In this document: in pieces, positions 19,546 to 29,092 of the stretch
How positions within the stretch are numbered: position 1 is the first letter of the stretch
How the letters are laid out: every line of letters starts with the position of its first letter
Source: Minisyncoccota bacterium
GTDB taxonomy: Bacteria; Patescibacteriota; Minisyncoccia; Phycocordibacterales; UBA2100
DNA length: 64,000 nt
Direction: 5' to 3'
Assembly (NCBI GenBank): GCA_031291875.1
Contig: JARLIE010000040.1
Location: 67,011-131,010, forward strand
The notes under the pieces: model-generated
What the model saw: only the letters and a program-made list of their open reading frames with translations
What the model was told of the DNA's origin: nothing
Database searches by the model: none
Program-made: the position numbers and the translations under genes

Positions 19546-20412
19546 ATGATCAAAGCCTACTATCGTCTCTCGAAGCCTGGCATCGTATACGGGAATTTGC
19601 TCACGACGATCGCCGCATTTTTGTACGCTTCGCGTTGGGGACTGGTTTCATGGGATGCGTGGATCGTGTTTCTTGCAACCGTCTTTGGACTCGGGCTTGT
19701 TATTGCCTCCGCCTGCGTGTTCAATAATTTTATCGATCGGGACATTGATCGAAAAATGAAACGCACGAAGAATCGCGCACTCGCAACCGGCGAGCTATCC
19801 AACGAGAACGCGCTTCTGTTTGCCACAATCATCGGTCTTATCGGCTTAACTCTCCTCATCGCCTTCGTGAACCTGCTGAGTGCGTTCATCGCGTTCGTCG
19901 GTTTCGCGGTCTATGTCTTCGCCTACACGCTTCTGAAACGCACCACGGCGTGGGCGACGGAAATTGGAAGTATCTCCGGAGCCGTTCCGATTCTTGTCGG
20001 TTACACGGCCGTGACGAATCGTTTCGATCTGGTCGCACTCATGCTCTTCGCGATCATGATTTTCTGGCAGATGCCGCATTTTTTTGCGATCGCACTCTTT
20101 CGTTTCGACGACTATGCTGCGGCGAATATTCCGACGCTGCCGCTCAAAAAAGGCGCACGTGTTACTAATATTCGCGCGCTCATCTATATCGTGCTCTTTG
20201 CAATTGGCGTGCTCGCGCTCACGGTACTTGGTTACGCCGGGTACTGGTATCTCGTGGTAGTGGAGATCGCGGCAGTCGTATGGTTTTGGCGAGGCACGCA
20301 AGGATTCGCTGCGGTGCATACTGAAGCCTGGGCCCGTAAATTTTTCTTCACCTCACTTGTCGTGCTTCTGGTTTTTGCAGCGATGCTTTCAATCGCGAAT
20401 CTCGTATTCTAG
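19546..20412 (+). CDS. cyoE: protoheme IX farnesyltransferase (heme O synthase)
   Basis: UbiA-family motifs NNFIDRDIDRKMKRTKNRALATGEL. 288 aa polytopic. Confidence 0.85.
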   Translation: MIKAYYRLSKPGIVYGNLLTTIAAFLYASRWGLVSWDAWIVFLATVFGLGLVIASACVFNNFIDRDIDRKMKRTKNRALATGELSNENALLFATIIGLIGLTLLIAFVNLLSAFIAFVGFAVYVFAYTLLKRTTAWATEIGSISGAVPILVGYTAVTNRFDLVALMLFAIMIFWQMPHFFAIALFRFDDYAAANIPTLPLKKGARVTNIRALIYIVLFAIGVLALTVLGYAGYWYLVVVEIAAVVWFWRGTQGFAAVHTEAWARKFFFTSLVVLLVFAAMLSIANLVF

Positions 20413-20428
20413 GGCGGCAAAAAGAAAG

Positions 20429-20455
20429 CGGCGCGAACCGAAGGTTCGCGCCGCG
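20429..20455. terminator. bidirectional hairpin terminator between convergent genes
   Basis: Perfect 12-bp stem GCGGCGCGAACC-gaa-GGTTCGCGCCGC. A-rich upstream, which is a T-tract for the minus-strand PLP-enzyme transcript. Confidence 0.55.
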
Positions 20456-20461
20456 TTGGTT

Positions 20462-21505
20462 TCAGGAAGCTTCAAGTAATCGCTCGATCGGAATGTTCGA
20501 GGAAAAGAAGTCCCGATGTTCGTTCAAGGTGCTGCGGTACAAGTCCCCGTAGGGCCGGTAGTCGTCCGGACAGAGGAACACGAGGTTGATTCTCTCGTCC
20601 GGACCGCGGAATTGCTCGAGCGTTTCCGAGAGTGCATGCTGGTGCAGAAAACGCAGGGCAACCGAGTAGGCGAGACCGGAAGTCGGGCCGCCCGGCGTCC
20701 ATTCGACCTCCGGGAACATCGCATAGCTAGCCAGAAACGCTTGGTAGCGCGTCGCCGTCATTTGATGCTCGAAGGTATCCGGCGTGGCGAAGCGCACGTC
20801 GCGCATCACTCGAACTTTGTCGCGAGCTCCGGGGATCTCGTGACCGTTTTCGCACAACGCGAGCACGAGTTTGGTTTTCAGCTCATGCTCCTCGATATAG
20901 CGCTGCAGCCCGGTGATCGTGCCCAGCGTGCCGCCGGCGACGACGACGAGATCGATTCTTCCATTGTTCTCGTCGAAGAGCTGCGGGGCAAGATACTTCA
21001 TCTGCGCGATGGGGTTTGCTTGCTCCGAATACTGGTCGACATTGCACCAGCCGGGTTGTTCTCCCTGTTCGCGTGCGTACTGCACGGTGCTGGAAGTGAC
21101 CTGCCGGGTATTGATCGGGTCGCCGAGAGCCGTGATGACGCCGACCTTGCTGCTGGGCGTGTCGTTCTGCATCACGAGTTCGCAATACAGTCCGAGCGCT
21201 TTGCACAGCTGTGCGATGCCGAGGCCGGTATTGCCGCTCGTGGCGGCAACGATCTTGGTCGATTTGTGAATCTTCTCGGCCCGAATCAGGGCGCTGATCA
21301 GCTCGTACGCCACAGGAGCTTTCGAGTTGAAAGTATCCCCGTACAGGAATCCCGGCCGGATCGTCACGTTCGCTTTCGCAAAGAAAGCCGAAGCGCTCTC
21401 GATTTTTGACCCCAGGCGCACGAGGGTGCGCCGAGCCGGATTGAAGCGTTCGAGGGCAGGGTGGAAGGTAAGATCGTCCATGTTGGACCTCTCTTGGTTG
21501 CACAC
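20462..21505 (-). CDS. pyridoxal-phosphate-dependent enzyme, Trp-synthase-beta superfamily (cysteine synthase-like)
   Basis: 347 aa. PLP-lysine region and glycine loop (TSGNTGLGIAQLCKALGL, GGTLGTITG). Confidence 0.65.
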   Translation of the reverse strand: MCNQERSNMDDLTFHPALERFNPARRTLVRLGSKIESASAFFAKANVTIRPGFLYGDTFNSKAPVAYELISALIRAEKIHKSTKIVAATSGNTGLGIAQLCKALGLYCELVMQNDTPSSKVGVITALGDPINTRQVTSSTVQYAREQGEQPGWCNVDQYSEQANPIAQMKYLAPQLFDENNGRIDLVVVAGGTLGTITGLQRYIEEHELKTKLVLALCENGHEIPGARDKVRVMRDVRFATPDTFEHQMTATRYQAFLASYAMFPEVEWTPGGPTSGLAYSVALRFLHQHALSETLEQFRGPDERINLVFLCPDDYRPYGDLYRSTLNEHRDFFSSNIPIERLLEAS

Positions 21506-21585
21506 GATGTGACCGCGCTTGCGGTCCTGCGGGGATACTACTCTCCTGGGTCGGCTTTCGCAAAGCCTGTGCTACGATGCCCGAA

Positions 21586-21924
21586 ATGAGATACAAGGGC
21601 ATTGTTCAAAAAGGCAGAGAGTACGGCAAAACGCTCGGTTTTCCGACGCTTAACATAAAAATCGACGGCGATGCCGTCTCGGGCATTTTTGCGGCCAATG
21701 TAACGATTGAGGCGAAAACGTATCCGGCCGCCGCCTACACCGACCTTTCACGCGGTGTTCTTGAGGCATATCTTCTGGATTACTCGGGAGATTTGTACGG
21801 CAAGGAAATTGAAATCGAGCTCTTAAAAAAGATTCGCGAAGACGAAACATTTGCCGACGAGGCCTCGCTCAAGACGGCGATCGCCGCTGATGTTGCAAAG
21901 ATCCGAGAATACTTTACTTTGTAA
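21586..21924 (+). CDS. riboflavin kinase (stand-alone RibF C-terminal-type domain)
   Basis: GKTLGFPTLNI (PTAN motif) and E..LLDYSGDLYG..IEIELLKKIREDETF. Second ATG (21586) chosen because the -10-like TGCTACGAT overlaps the first ATG at 21577. Confidence 0.7.
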   Translation: MRYKGIVQKGREYGKTLGFPTLNIKIDGDAVSGIFAANVTIEAKTYPAAAYTDLSRGVLEAYLLDYSGDLYGKEIEIELLKKIREDETFADEASLKTAIAADVAKIREYFTL

Positions 21925-21927
21925 ACC

Positions 21928-22512
21928 ATGTTCGCAGGCATCGTGCAGGCTAGCGCGCGCGTCAAAGCGCTCGAAGAAGAGAAGAGAATACTTCGCGCAC
22001 GAATCGAAGCACCTCGAAGCTGGAAACTCGAACTCGGCGCGAGTGTGAATATCGACGGTATCTGTTCGACCGTGGTGAAAAAGGGAAGGGGGTATTTCGA
22101 CGTCGAATATATGGCGCAAACACTTTCCAAAACCACCGCGGCTTCGTTTACGAAAGGCCGATTGGTAAACCTCGAGCGCTCCCTCAAGTACGGCCAGTCA
22201 ATCGATGGTCATCCGGTGCAAGGACACGTCGACTGCACAGCGCCGATTACGGAGATCGCAAGGAAAGGAGCTTCTCGGGAGTTGACCATACGACCAAACG
22301 CAAAGCTCGCGCGGCAGGCGGCGCTGCACGGTTCCATCGCGATCAACGGCGTTTCGCTTACGATCGCGAAGAAACACGGCCCGAACATTACCGTCGCGCT
22401 CATTCCATATACGCTCAAACACACGAACCTCGGCACTCTCAAAGCAGGCGATGTGGTCAATGTCGAATTTGACCACTCGCGGGCCTACCTGGATAAGGTG
22501 CGCGGAAGGTGA
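21928..22512 (+). CDS. ribE: riboflavin synthase alpha chain
   Basis: MFAGIVQ... N-terminus and duplicated lumazine-binding halves (GASVNIDGICSTVV / GSIAINGVSLTI). Confidence 0.8.
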   Translation: MFAGIVQASARVKALEEEKRILRARIEAPRSWKLELGASVNIDGICSTVVKKGRGYFDVEYMAQTLSKTTAASFTKGRLVNLERSLKYGQSIDGHPVQGHVDCTAPITEIARKGASRELTIRPNAKLARQAALHGSIAINGVSLTIAKKHGPNITVALIPYTLKHTNLGTLKAGDVVNVEFDHSRAYLDKVRGR

Positions 22513-22524
22513 TACCGTTCCGAT

Positions 22525-22986
22525 ATGCAAACAGAAGAATTTTTGAAAAAAATAAAAGCTCGCGACGCTTCGAAGCTCAAAGTCTCCATTGTCGCCTCCA
22601 GGTTCCACTCGGACATTACCGACCCAATGGTTGAAGGTGCGCTCGGGACGCTGAAAGAGTGGAAGGTTAAGGATAAAAACATCACGGTTCGCCGCGTATA
22701 CGGCTCGTTCGACCTTTCGTTCGCCGCTGCTCGCGCGATAAAAAAAGACAAGCCGCATGCAGTCATTGCGATCGGCTGCATCGTGAAGGGAGAAACAAGG
22801 CACGATGAATATATCGCGAACGCGGTATTCAAAGGCCTGACGGATCTCTCGATACAACACGTCATTCCTGTTTCGCTCGGTGTACTCACCGTCAACGATC
22901 TGGCACAAGCGAAAGTCCGCTCGAGCGGAGCGACGAACCACGGCGAAAAAGCCGCAGTCGCAGCGCTCGAAGCCGCGCTTTCGTAG
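22525..22986 (+). CDS. ribH: 6,7-dimethyl-8-ribityllumazine synthase
   Basis: KVSIVASRFHSDIT...AIGCIVKGETRHDEYIANAV...SLGVLTV match RibH. Confidence 0.85.
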   Translation: MQTEEFLKKIKARDASKLKVSIVASRFHSDITDPMVEGALGTLKEWKVKDKNITVRRVYGSFDLSFAAARAIKKDKPHAVIAIGCIVKGETRHDEYIANAVFKGLTDLSIQHVIPVSLGVLTVNDLAQAKVRSSGATNHGEKAAVAALEAALS

Positions 22987-22988
22987 CT

Positions 22989-23963
22989 ATGCGGTCTACC
23001 TCGTTTGCGGTACTCGGTCCCTTGATCGTGTTCGTCGCGGCGATGCTGTGGGCCTCCGACGCTCCGTTTCGTCTGCATCTCACGCTGGCGCTCTCGTCGA
23101 ACTTCATCGTGTTCGGCGAGCATTTTTTTGATTGTCTCGTAGCGCTTCCGATTCTGTTTTTCAACTGGAACGATATAACAAAGCTCTCATGGCGCGAGTG
23201 GCTTGCGGTCGGCTTTATCGCAATCGGCGGCTCGGCACTCGCGTCGATTCTCTTTACGGAATCGTTCCACTACGTGAATCCATCGGTCGCTATCGTGCTC
23301 CAGAAAGTGCAGCCGCTCATCGCGATTGCACTCGCATGGGCAGTCCTTGGAGAAAAACTCCACCCGCGCTTTTGGCTTTGGGGTAGTATCGCGCTCGTTG
23401 GCGCGTATCTCGTGAGTTTCCCGAACCTGGTTCCCCAAACGTATGCGGGAGAAACGTTCAACCCCAACCTTCTCGGCGCGCTCTATGCGCTTTCTGCGGC
23501 CGCACTCTGGGGCGCATCGACTGTTTTCGGCAAGTACGTGTTGCAAAAGGCAGCGTTCCAAACGATGACTGGACTGCGTTTCGTTGTTGCCTTCGTCTTT
23601 CTTGGAGTTCTCAACGGCGTACAGGGGACCTTTCCCGATTTTGCGACACTAACGTCCACCGACTATTTCTTTATCGCTATCATCGCCCTGTGTTCGGGAG
23701 TTTTTTCCCTCTATTTATATTACTTCGGGCTCAAATACACCCGCGCCTCGATCGCTACTATCGCGGAGCTTGGCTTCCCGCTCGCTGCTGTATTCGTCAA
23801 CGCCTACTTCATACCGGGCAATTGGGCGCCGGGCTCGACGCTCGGCTTGTATGCGGGCCAGTGGGCAGGGACGTTGATTCTACTGCTCTCCATGTTCATG
23901 CTTTCTCGAGTTAATCGAGAGGAATCCTCCCTGGCCGAAGGCAGGTCCCTCCAAACCATATGA
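22989..23963 (+). CDS. DMT/EamA-superfamily transporter (10 TM), candidate riboflavin-related transporter
   Basis: 324 aa, 10 hydrophobic helices with two-repeat EamA-like organisation. Embedded between ribH and ribL. Confidence 0.5.
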   Translation: MRSTSFAVLGPLIVFVAAMLWASDAPFRLHLTLALSSNFIVFGEHFFDCLVALPILFFNWNDITKLSWREWLAVGFIAIGGSALASILFTESFHYVNPSVAIVLQKVQPLIAIALAWAVLGEKLHPRFWLWGSIALVGAYLVSFPNLVPQTYAGETFNPNLLGALYALSAAALWGASTVFGKYVLQKAAFQTMTGLRFVVAFVFLGVLNGVQGTFPDFATLTSTDYFFIAIIALCSGVFSLYLYYFGLKYTRASIATIAELGFPLAAVFVNAYFIPGNWAPGSTLGLYAGQWAGTLILLLSMFMLSRVNREESSLAEGRSLQTI

Positions 23964-24382
23964 CTCGGATCATGGTGTTCGGCACGTTCGATATGGTTCA
24001 TCCGGGCCATGAAAATCTTTTCCAACAGGCAAGAGCGCTTGCACAGGAGCCGCACTTGATTGTCTCGATCGCGACCGACAAAAACGTCGAACGCATAAAA
24101 GGCAAAAAGCCGCGGCATTCGCAAACCGAGCGTCGAGCGCTCGTGGCCGCGAACCCGCTGGTCGACGAGGCGGTGATAGGAGACGAAGCGGGGTACGTTG
24201 AGCATATTCGCGCGCTACGGCCGGACATAATCGCGCTTGGTTACGATCAGACCGGGGAATACGTGGATACACTGCAGGAAGATTTGACGAAGGCAGGACT
24301 TAGCGTCAATGTTATGAGATTGCAGGCATTTGAACCGGAGCGGTTCAAGACCTCCAAACTTCATGACGAACGAAACCGATGA
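23960..24382 (+). CDS. archaeal-type FAD synthetase (RibL-like cytidylyltransferase-fold FMN adenylyltransferase)
   Basis: [11 protein letters not shown] nucleotidyltransferase motif. [23 protein letters not shown] and [13 protein letters not shown] are collinear with RibL as I recall it. Confidence 0.7.
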   Translation: MTRIMVFGTFDMVHPGHENLFQQARALAQEPHLIVSIATDKNVERIKGKKPRHSQTERRALVAANPLVDEAVIGDEAGYVEHIRALRPDIIALGYDQTGEYVDTLQEDLTKAGLSVNVMRLQAFEPERFKTSKLHDERNR

Positions 24383-24923
24383 GATGATCGCTGCACGCGT
24401 GCAAAACGGAGACGTTGAAAGCTTCAGTGCGCTCGTGGAGCGCTATGAGGACAAGCTTACGCGCTACGCACGCAAATTCTTGCGCGATCCGGACGACGCC
24501 AAAGACATCATCCAGGAGGTGTTCATTAAGGCATTCGAAAATATCCAGAGTTTCGACGCGACGCGACGTTTTTCCCCATGGATCTACCGCATCGCGCACA
24601 ATGAATTCGTAAATGCCATCAAAAAGCGAGCCAGGGGTCCCGTACTCGGCATAGATTTCGATGTTGTATTTCCGCATCTTGCGGCGACCGACACCGCCGA
24701 CGATACGGCACTCGAGCGCGACACGAAGGAATTGCTCGAGCAGTGCCTCGACGAACTAGAACCGAAATATCGGGAGCCGCTGGTTTTGTATTATTACGAA
24801 GGGGTAAGTTACAAAGATATGGCTGATATTTTGCGTATACCGATGTCGACGGTTGGCGTGCGACTCGCAAGAGGGAAGGCGCAGCTACGGAAAGTTGCAG
24901 CAAAGAAAAACCTATATGATTGA
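24363..24923 (+). CDS. ECF-subfamily RNA polymerase sigma factor
   Basis: Sigma70 region 2 ([14 protein letters not shown]...[19 protein letters not shown]) and region 4 ([37 protein letters not shown]). Overlaps ribL-like gene by 20 nt. Confidence 0.8.
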   Translation: MTNETDEMIAARVQNGDVESFSALVERYEDKLTRYARKFLRDPDDAKDIIQEVFIKAFENIQSFDATRRFSPWIYRIAHNEFVNAIKKRARGPVLGIDFDVVFPHLAATDTADDTALERDTKELLEQCLDELEPKYREPLVLYYYEGVSYKDMADILRIPMSTVGVRLARGKAQLRKVAAKKNLYD

Positions 24924-25623
24924 ACAAGATCCCAAAAAAGCGCTTACTCGGGGCGTAATGGACGCTATCCACTCGGGACGCGTACAAATGCGTCCGCGCT
25001 GGAAGTTCGTACTTTCGGGTGTTTTGGCTGCGCTCGGCGTCGCGATTTTACTGTTCACACTGCTTTTCATTGTAAGTTTCGCGATTTTCACCCTGCGTCA
25101 AACGGGCGCGTTGTTCGTGCCTGAATTCGGTATGCGCGGCGTTTTCGTGTTTTTCGCGGCTCTGCCGTTCATACTCCTCGCACTCCTTCTAGTCTTCGTT
25201 ATCGTTCTCGAGGTATTGGTTAGGCGGTACCGGGTAGGGTACCGTACCCCGCTTCTCGTTTCGGTACTCGCTATTTTGATCATTATTGGACTCGGCGGGC
25301 TAGGTATTGAGCGTACCCGCGTTCATGAAATGATTTTGCGGGAGGCAATGATGCCCGGAGAGCTTCCGCCACCGATCGCGATCATGTATCGCACCGGCGC
25401 ACAGCATATACCCGACGTGTACCGCGGAACGATTGTTGCGATGATGCCGGGAGGATTCGTGCTCTTGGACGAAAACGGCGCCGGTACCACCAGCGTGCTT
25501 TTAAGCCCGCTCACCCAGCTTCCGCCCGGGACAATTCTGCAGCCTTCCGAACAGGTGGTGGTCTTCGGCGATGGAGATTCCACGACCATACGCGCGATGG
25601 GCATCGTGCAGATTACGGATTGA
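24917..25623 (+). CDS. membrane protein, putative anti-sigma factor
   Basis: Immediately downstream of and overlapping the ECF sigma gene. 3-4 TM. No zinc-finger anti-sigma motif seen. Confidence 0.4.
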
Positions 25624-25780
25624 AATAATCTGCACGAGGCGGTAGTAGTAGAGATAGCTGGCATCCCTTCGCGCCTCTTGCGCAGAAGGACCCAGCGATT
25701 GGGGTTCCACAAGAATTCCAAGCGAGCGCCTGTCTCCTGACCCCGAGGCAGGCGATTCGCATTTGTGCTATGTTCATCGA

Positions 25781-26179
25781 ATGAAATACTTAGGTATCGA
25801 CTTCGGCTCGAAGCGTATTGGCATTGCCGTCTCGAACGCCGAGGGCTCGATTGCGTTTCCTCGCTCAACACTTTTGAATGATGACAAGCTTTTTGCCGGA
25901 CTCGGGAAACTCATCGAATCCGAAAAGATAGAACGGATCGTCGTCGGCGACACTCGTTCGCATGGCGGAGGCGAAAACCCAGTGACGGCTCAAGCGGAGA
26001 AGTTCATGGAACGTCTTGCACAAGAGACGGGCAAGCCGGTTGCGCCTGCTTTTGAGGTTTTTTCATCCATAGAAGCTTCGCGCTACGCGCCCTATACGCC
26101 CGGAGCAAGACAGCATGATGATTCCGCAGCTGCAGCGGTTATTTTGCAAAGATTTTTAGATATGCACGGCTCGCGGTAG
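25781..26179 (+). CDS. ruvX: Holliday-junction resolvase-like RNase H-fold nuclease RuvX/YqgF
   Basis: MKYLGIDFGSKRIGIAVS...IVVGDTRSHGG. Confidence 0.8.
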   Translation: MKYLGIDFGSKRIGIAVSNAEGSIAFPRSTLLNDDKLFAGLGKLIESEKIERIVVGDTRSHGGGENPVTAQAEKFMERLAQETGKPVAPAFEVFSSIEASRYAPYTPGARQHDDSAAAAVILQRFLDMHGSR

Positions 26180-26188
26180 AATCCTGCT

Positions 26189-26521
26189 ATGCCAGAGAAG
26201 ATCTCCTACGATGATTTCGCGAAGCTCGACATTCGAATCGGGCGAGTGATTGCCGCCGAAATGGTTCCGGATGCCGATAAGCTCATCAAATGCACCGTCG
26301 ATTTCGGCGAGCTTGGACAACGCACCATCGTTTCGGGCATCGCGCTCTGGAAAAAGCCTGAAGAATTGGTCGGCAAACAACTCCCGTACATCGTCAATCT
26401 CGAGCCTCGCATGCTGCGCGGTGTCGAAAGTGCGGGCATGCTGATCGCTGCTTCCGATGAGCAAGGCGTCGCACTCCTCCAACCGGAGCGTGAGATTCCC
26501 CCAGGTACCAAACTCAAGTAA
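26189..26521 (+). CDS. tRNA-binding protein (CsaA/Trbp111-type OB fold, MetRS C-terminal-like)
   Basis: 110 aa. KLDIRIGRVIAAEMVPDADKLIKCTVDFGE...IVSGIA matches the EMAP/Trbp111 domain. Confidence 0.75.
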   Translation: MPEKISYDDFAKLDIRIGRVIAAEMVPDADKLIKCTVDFGELGQRTIVSGIALWKKPEELVGKQLPYIVNLEPRMLRGVESAGMLIAASDEQGVALLQPEREIPPGTKLK

Positions 26522-26605
26522 GCGAGTGCAGCTCGATGATATAATTTGAAGATGCATCGCGCTCTTTCTGAACGCGCAAGCGGAGTCGGCCAGACGCTCT
26601 CGCGC

Positions 26606-27664
26606 ATGTTCCCGACTCCGAAATTCCTCATGCCGCACGCTGCCGGCGTGGACATTTCTGATGCGTCGATCAAATGGATTGTATTGAGCGAAACGCAGCC
26701 GGGAAAACGTCGCGTCGAAGCGTGGGGCCAAGAACAGCTCCCTGAAGGAGTCGTCTCTTCTGGGGTTATCAACGACGAAGCCCGTCTGATAGAGGTGCTT
26801 AAAACGGTTCGACGAAAGATGCCTCGGGTCGCGGGCGTGCACGTTGCGTTGCCGGAGGAACCGGCGTTCGTCTTCGGCATGAACGTCCCGCTCGGATCCA
26901 CCCGTAAAGAGATTATCGATCTCATTGGGTTTGAGTTCGAGACGCGAGTACCGATCCCTCCCGCGGAGGCCGTGTACGATTTCGATATAATTCCGTGGCA
27001 GGAAGGGGAGTCCCAGGAAGTCGGTGTGGTGGTATTTCCTCGAGAACTCTCAGAGAGTTACGCGCACTGCCTCGCTGAAGCGGGATTCTTGGTGTTTTCG
27101 TTTGAAATTGAACCCCGTGCAATTGCCCGCGCGACCGTTTCGCGAGAGCAGGCCACCAAGGTCGCACTTCTCGTAGATTTCGGCGCCAAACGTTCCGGGC
27201 TTGCCGTATTGAAGGCCGGGATTCCAATCTTTACCTCCACGGTCGATGTCGGCGTCGACCGCATTGATCAGGTGCTTTCGGAGCAGCTCCACCTTTCGCC
27301 CGAGCAGCTGCGCGTTTGGAAAAACGAACAGGGACTTTTACCGTCTGAGGGTCAGAAATCGGGCTTGGAAGTTCTCTCGGGTGTCGCAAGCTCGCTCGGC
27401 AGCGAGGTGGCGAGGCATTTCAATTACTGGGATACACGACGCAACGACCGCGGCGAGCGGGTGACGCCTGTTTCGACCGTACTCTTGGTCGGGGGAGGCG
27501 CGAATTTGAAAGGTCTCGGCGATTACATTGCGGGACGCGTGCAGGCTGAAGTGGTGCGGCCCAACGTATGGCAGCACGTTTGTTCGTTCGAGGAATATAT
27601 TCCACCCATCAACCGACGTACGTCGCTGCAATACGCAACGGCGATCGGGCTCGCGCTGCGCTAA
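26606..27664 (+). CDS. pilM: type IV pilus assembly protein PilM (actin-like ATPase)
   Basis: Actin-like ATPase phosphate motifs (VALLVDFGAKRSGLAVL, LLVGGGANLKGL). Start uncertain (26546/26606/26633). Confidence 0.7.
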   Translation: MFPTPKFLMPHAAGVDISDASIKWIVLSETQPGKRRVEAWGQEQLPEGVVSSGVINDEARLIEVLKTVRRKMPRVAGVHVALPEEPAFVFGMNVPLGSTRKEIIDLIGFEFETRVPIPPAEAVYDFDIIPWQEGESQEVGVVVFPRELSESYAHCLAEAGFLVFSFEIEPRAIARATVSREQATKVALLVDFGAKRSGLAVLKAGIPIFTSTVDVGVDRIDQVLSEQLHLSPEQLRVWKNEQGLLPSEGQKSGLEVLSGVASSLGSEVARHFNYWDTRRNDRGERVTPVSTVLLVGGGANLKGLGDYIAGRVQAEVVRPNVWQHVCSFEEYIPPINRRTSLQYATAIGLALR

Positions 27665-27668
27665 TGCT

Positions 27669-28175
27669 ATGAACCTGCTTCCGCAAGAATTTCAAAAAAA
27701 TATCCGCGGCGAACTCCGCGCGCGCTTTTTGCTCATGTTTTCGATCGTGCTTTTTTGCGCGGCAGCGCTCTCCGCACTCGCGCTCGCACCGGCTGAAGTG
27801 GGGCTCCTGTTCTCCTCGACCCCGACCGTCGACACAACCCAAAGTAGCATCGACGCGAAGCAAGATGCTGCAGCCGTTGCGCATACCAAGGCGCTCCTTG
27901 CTCTCGTTAGTACGTTCACTGCCACGTCATCACTCGACGATATTTTGGCAGCGCTTTCGCAAGAAGGTCCTGGCACGAAGATCGATAACATTGCGTACTC
28001 GATCAGCGGCTCCACGCTCACCCTCGCTGGCCGCTCGGCGACACCTGATGAGGTCAATACGTTTCGTCAAAATCTGGAAAGTGATTTGCGATTCACCCAA
28101 GTCTCTGTCCCGGTTTCCGCGCTCCTTGGTTCTCAGAATGGCGATTTCACGATCACTATGAAAGTCACACAATAA
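27669..28175 (+). CDS. pilN: type IV pilus assembly protein PilN-like
   Basis: MNLLPQEFQKNIRGELRARFLLMFSIVLFCAAAL: N-terminal basic segment plus single TM, typical of PilN. Confidence 0.6.
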   Translation: MNLLPQEFQKNIRGELRARFLLMFSIVLFCAAALSALALAPAEVGLLFSSTPTVDTTQSSIDAKQDAAAVAHTKALLALVSTFTATSSLDDILAALSQEGPGTKIDNIAYSISGSTLTLAGRSATPDEVNTFRQNLESDLRFTQVSVPVSALLGSQNGDFTITMKVTQ

Positions 28176-28178
28176 TCT

Positions 28179-28718
28179 ATGCGCAATTCACTTACCGTAC
28201 TTTCGATTGCCGCGTTCGTGATCGCGATCGTCGCCTGGCTTGGCGTTTGGTTCTTGTTTAGCGACATTTCGTCGCGGCTTGTCGCGCGAGCGCAAAGCAT
28301 CTCTTCGGTGAGTTCGCAGAGCGCAAAGCAGGCGAGCGCAATCGCGACCCATACGTTTCTCGGCAACAGCGTGTCGCAGCGCTCGACGCTCGACGCGGCC
28401 GTTGGGACGGACGTGGTCGGGATCGCTAATCAGATTACCGCGGCGAGCAAAGCTGCCGGCGTACAAAGTACGATCGGATCCGCGACCGTTATATCGACAT
28501 CGGCTTCTGCCGGAGTAAGCGAGGTTGAGTTTGTCGTACAATCGAGCGGAACGTTCGCACAAATCTGGCGGGCCGCTGAATTATTCCAATCGCTCCCGCT
28601 CGCCTCGAAGGTGAGCGAGCTCGATTTTCAAGAACAACCGAACACTCCGGGCAAAAGCACGCAGTGGCAACTCACTTCGCGTATCGACGTGCTGACCAGC
28701 TCGCAACTATCATCATGA
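28179..28718 (+). CDS. PilO-like membrane protein
   Basis: Single N-terminal TM plus periplasmic domain. Operon position after pilMN. Confidence 0.45.
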   Translation: MRNSLTVLSIAAFVIAIVAWLGVWFLFSDISSRLVARAQSISSVSSQSAKQASAIATHTFLGNSVSQRSTLDAAVGTDVVGIANQITAASKAAGVQSTIGSATVISTSASAGVSEVEFVVQSSGTFAQIWRAAELFQSLPLASKVSELDFQEQPNTPGKSTQWQLTSRIDVLTSSQLSS

Positions 28719-29044
28719 ACCTAAATCCATTTCATTCGTTTCGAATACAGCAGGCCTGGGAGTATCGCAGCGAACCTGAATCGCTGCGCACGCTCGCGCC
28801 GGTCTTTTGGCACGCGTTGCTTACGGTCGTCTTCCTTGCGCTTGTTTGCGCTTTCTGGTTTGGCTACCAAGAATTGCAGGCTGCTTCCCAAGCGGAGGCG
28901 ACACCCACGAATGCTTCAGTATTTACACCGCCGTGGCCCGCGACGCAGCTCCAAGCGACGATAGACGCGTACAATACTCGTCAGAGTTCGTACCAGACAC
29001 TTTCGCAGTCACCGCTCCCCGTGGTCGCCGACCCTTCGAAGTAA
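28715..29044 (+). CDS. small membrane protein of the pilus-assembly operon
   Basis: ATGA overlap with the previous gene. One TM (VFWHALLTVVFLALVCAFWFGY). Confidence 0.4.
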   Translation: MNLNPFHSFRIQQAWEYRSEPESLRTLAPVFWHALLTVVFLALVCAFWFGYQELQAASQAEATPTNASVFTPPWPATQLQATIDAYNTRQSSYQTLSQSPLPVVADPSK

Positions 29045-29092
29045 ATCGTTTTGAAAAGCAGAAATATCGGATATTCTGATTTGGTTCCACCC

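Noticed and set aside
20462-21505. Considered annotating the PLP enzyme specifically as cysteine synthase (cysK) or threonine dehydratase.
   Set aside because: Only fold-type II PLP motifs are recognisable by eye. The N-terminal ~60 residues are unusual. I left it at superfamily level.
21577-21585. First ATG of the riboflavin kinase ORF.
   Set aside because: It is overlapped by the -10-like TGCTACGAT box. The second ATG (21586) fits the recurrent 7-nt spacing. Either start leaves the kinase domain intact, so uncertainty remains.
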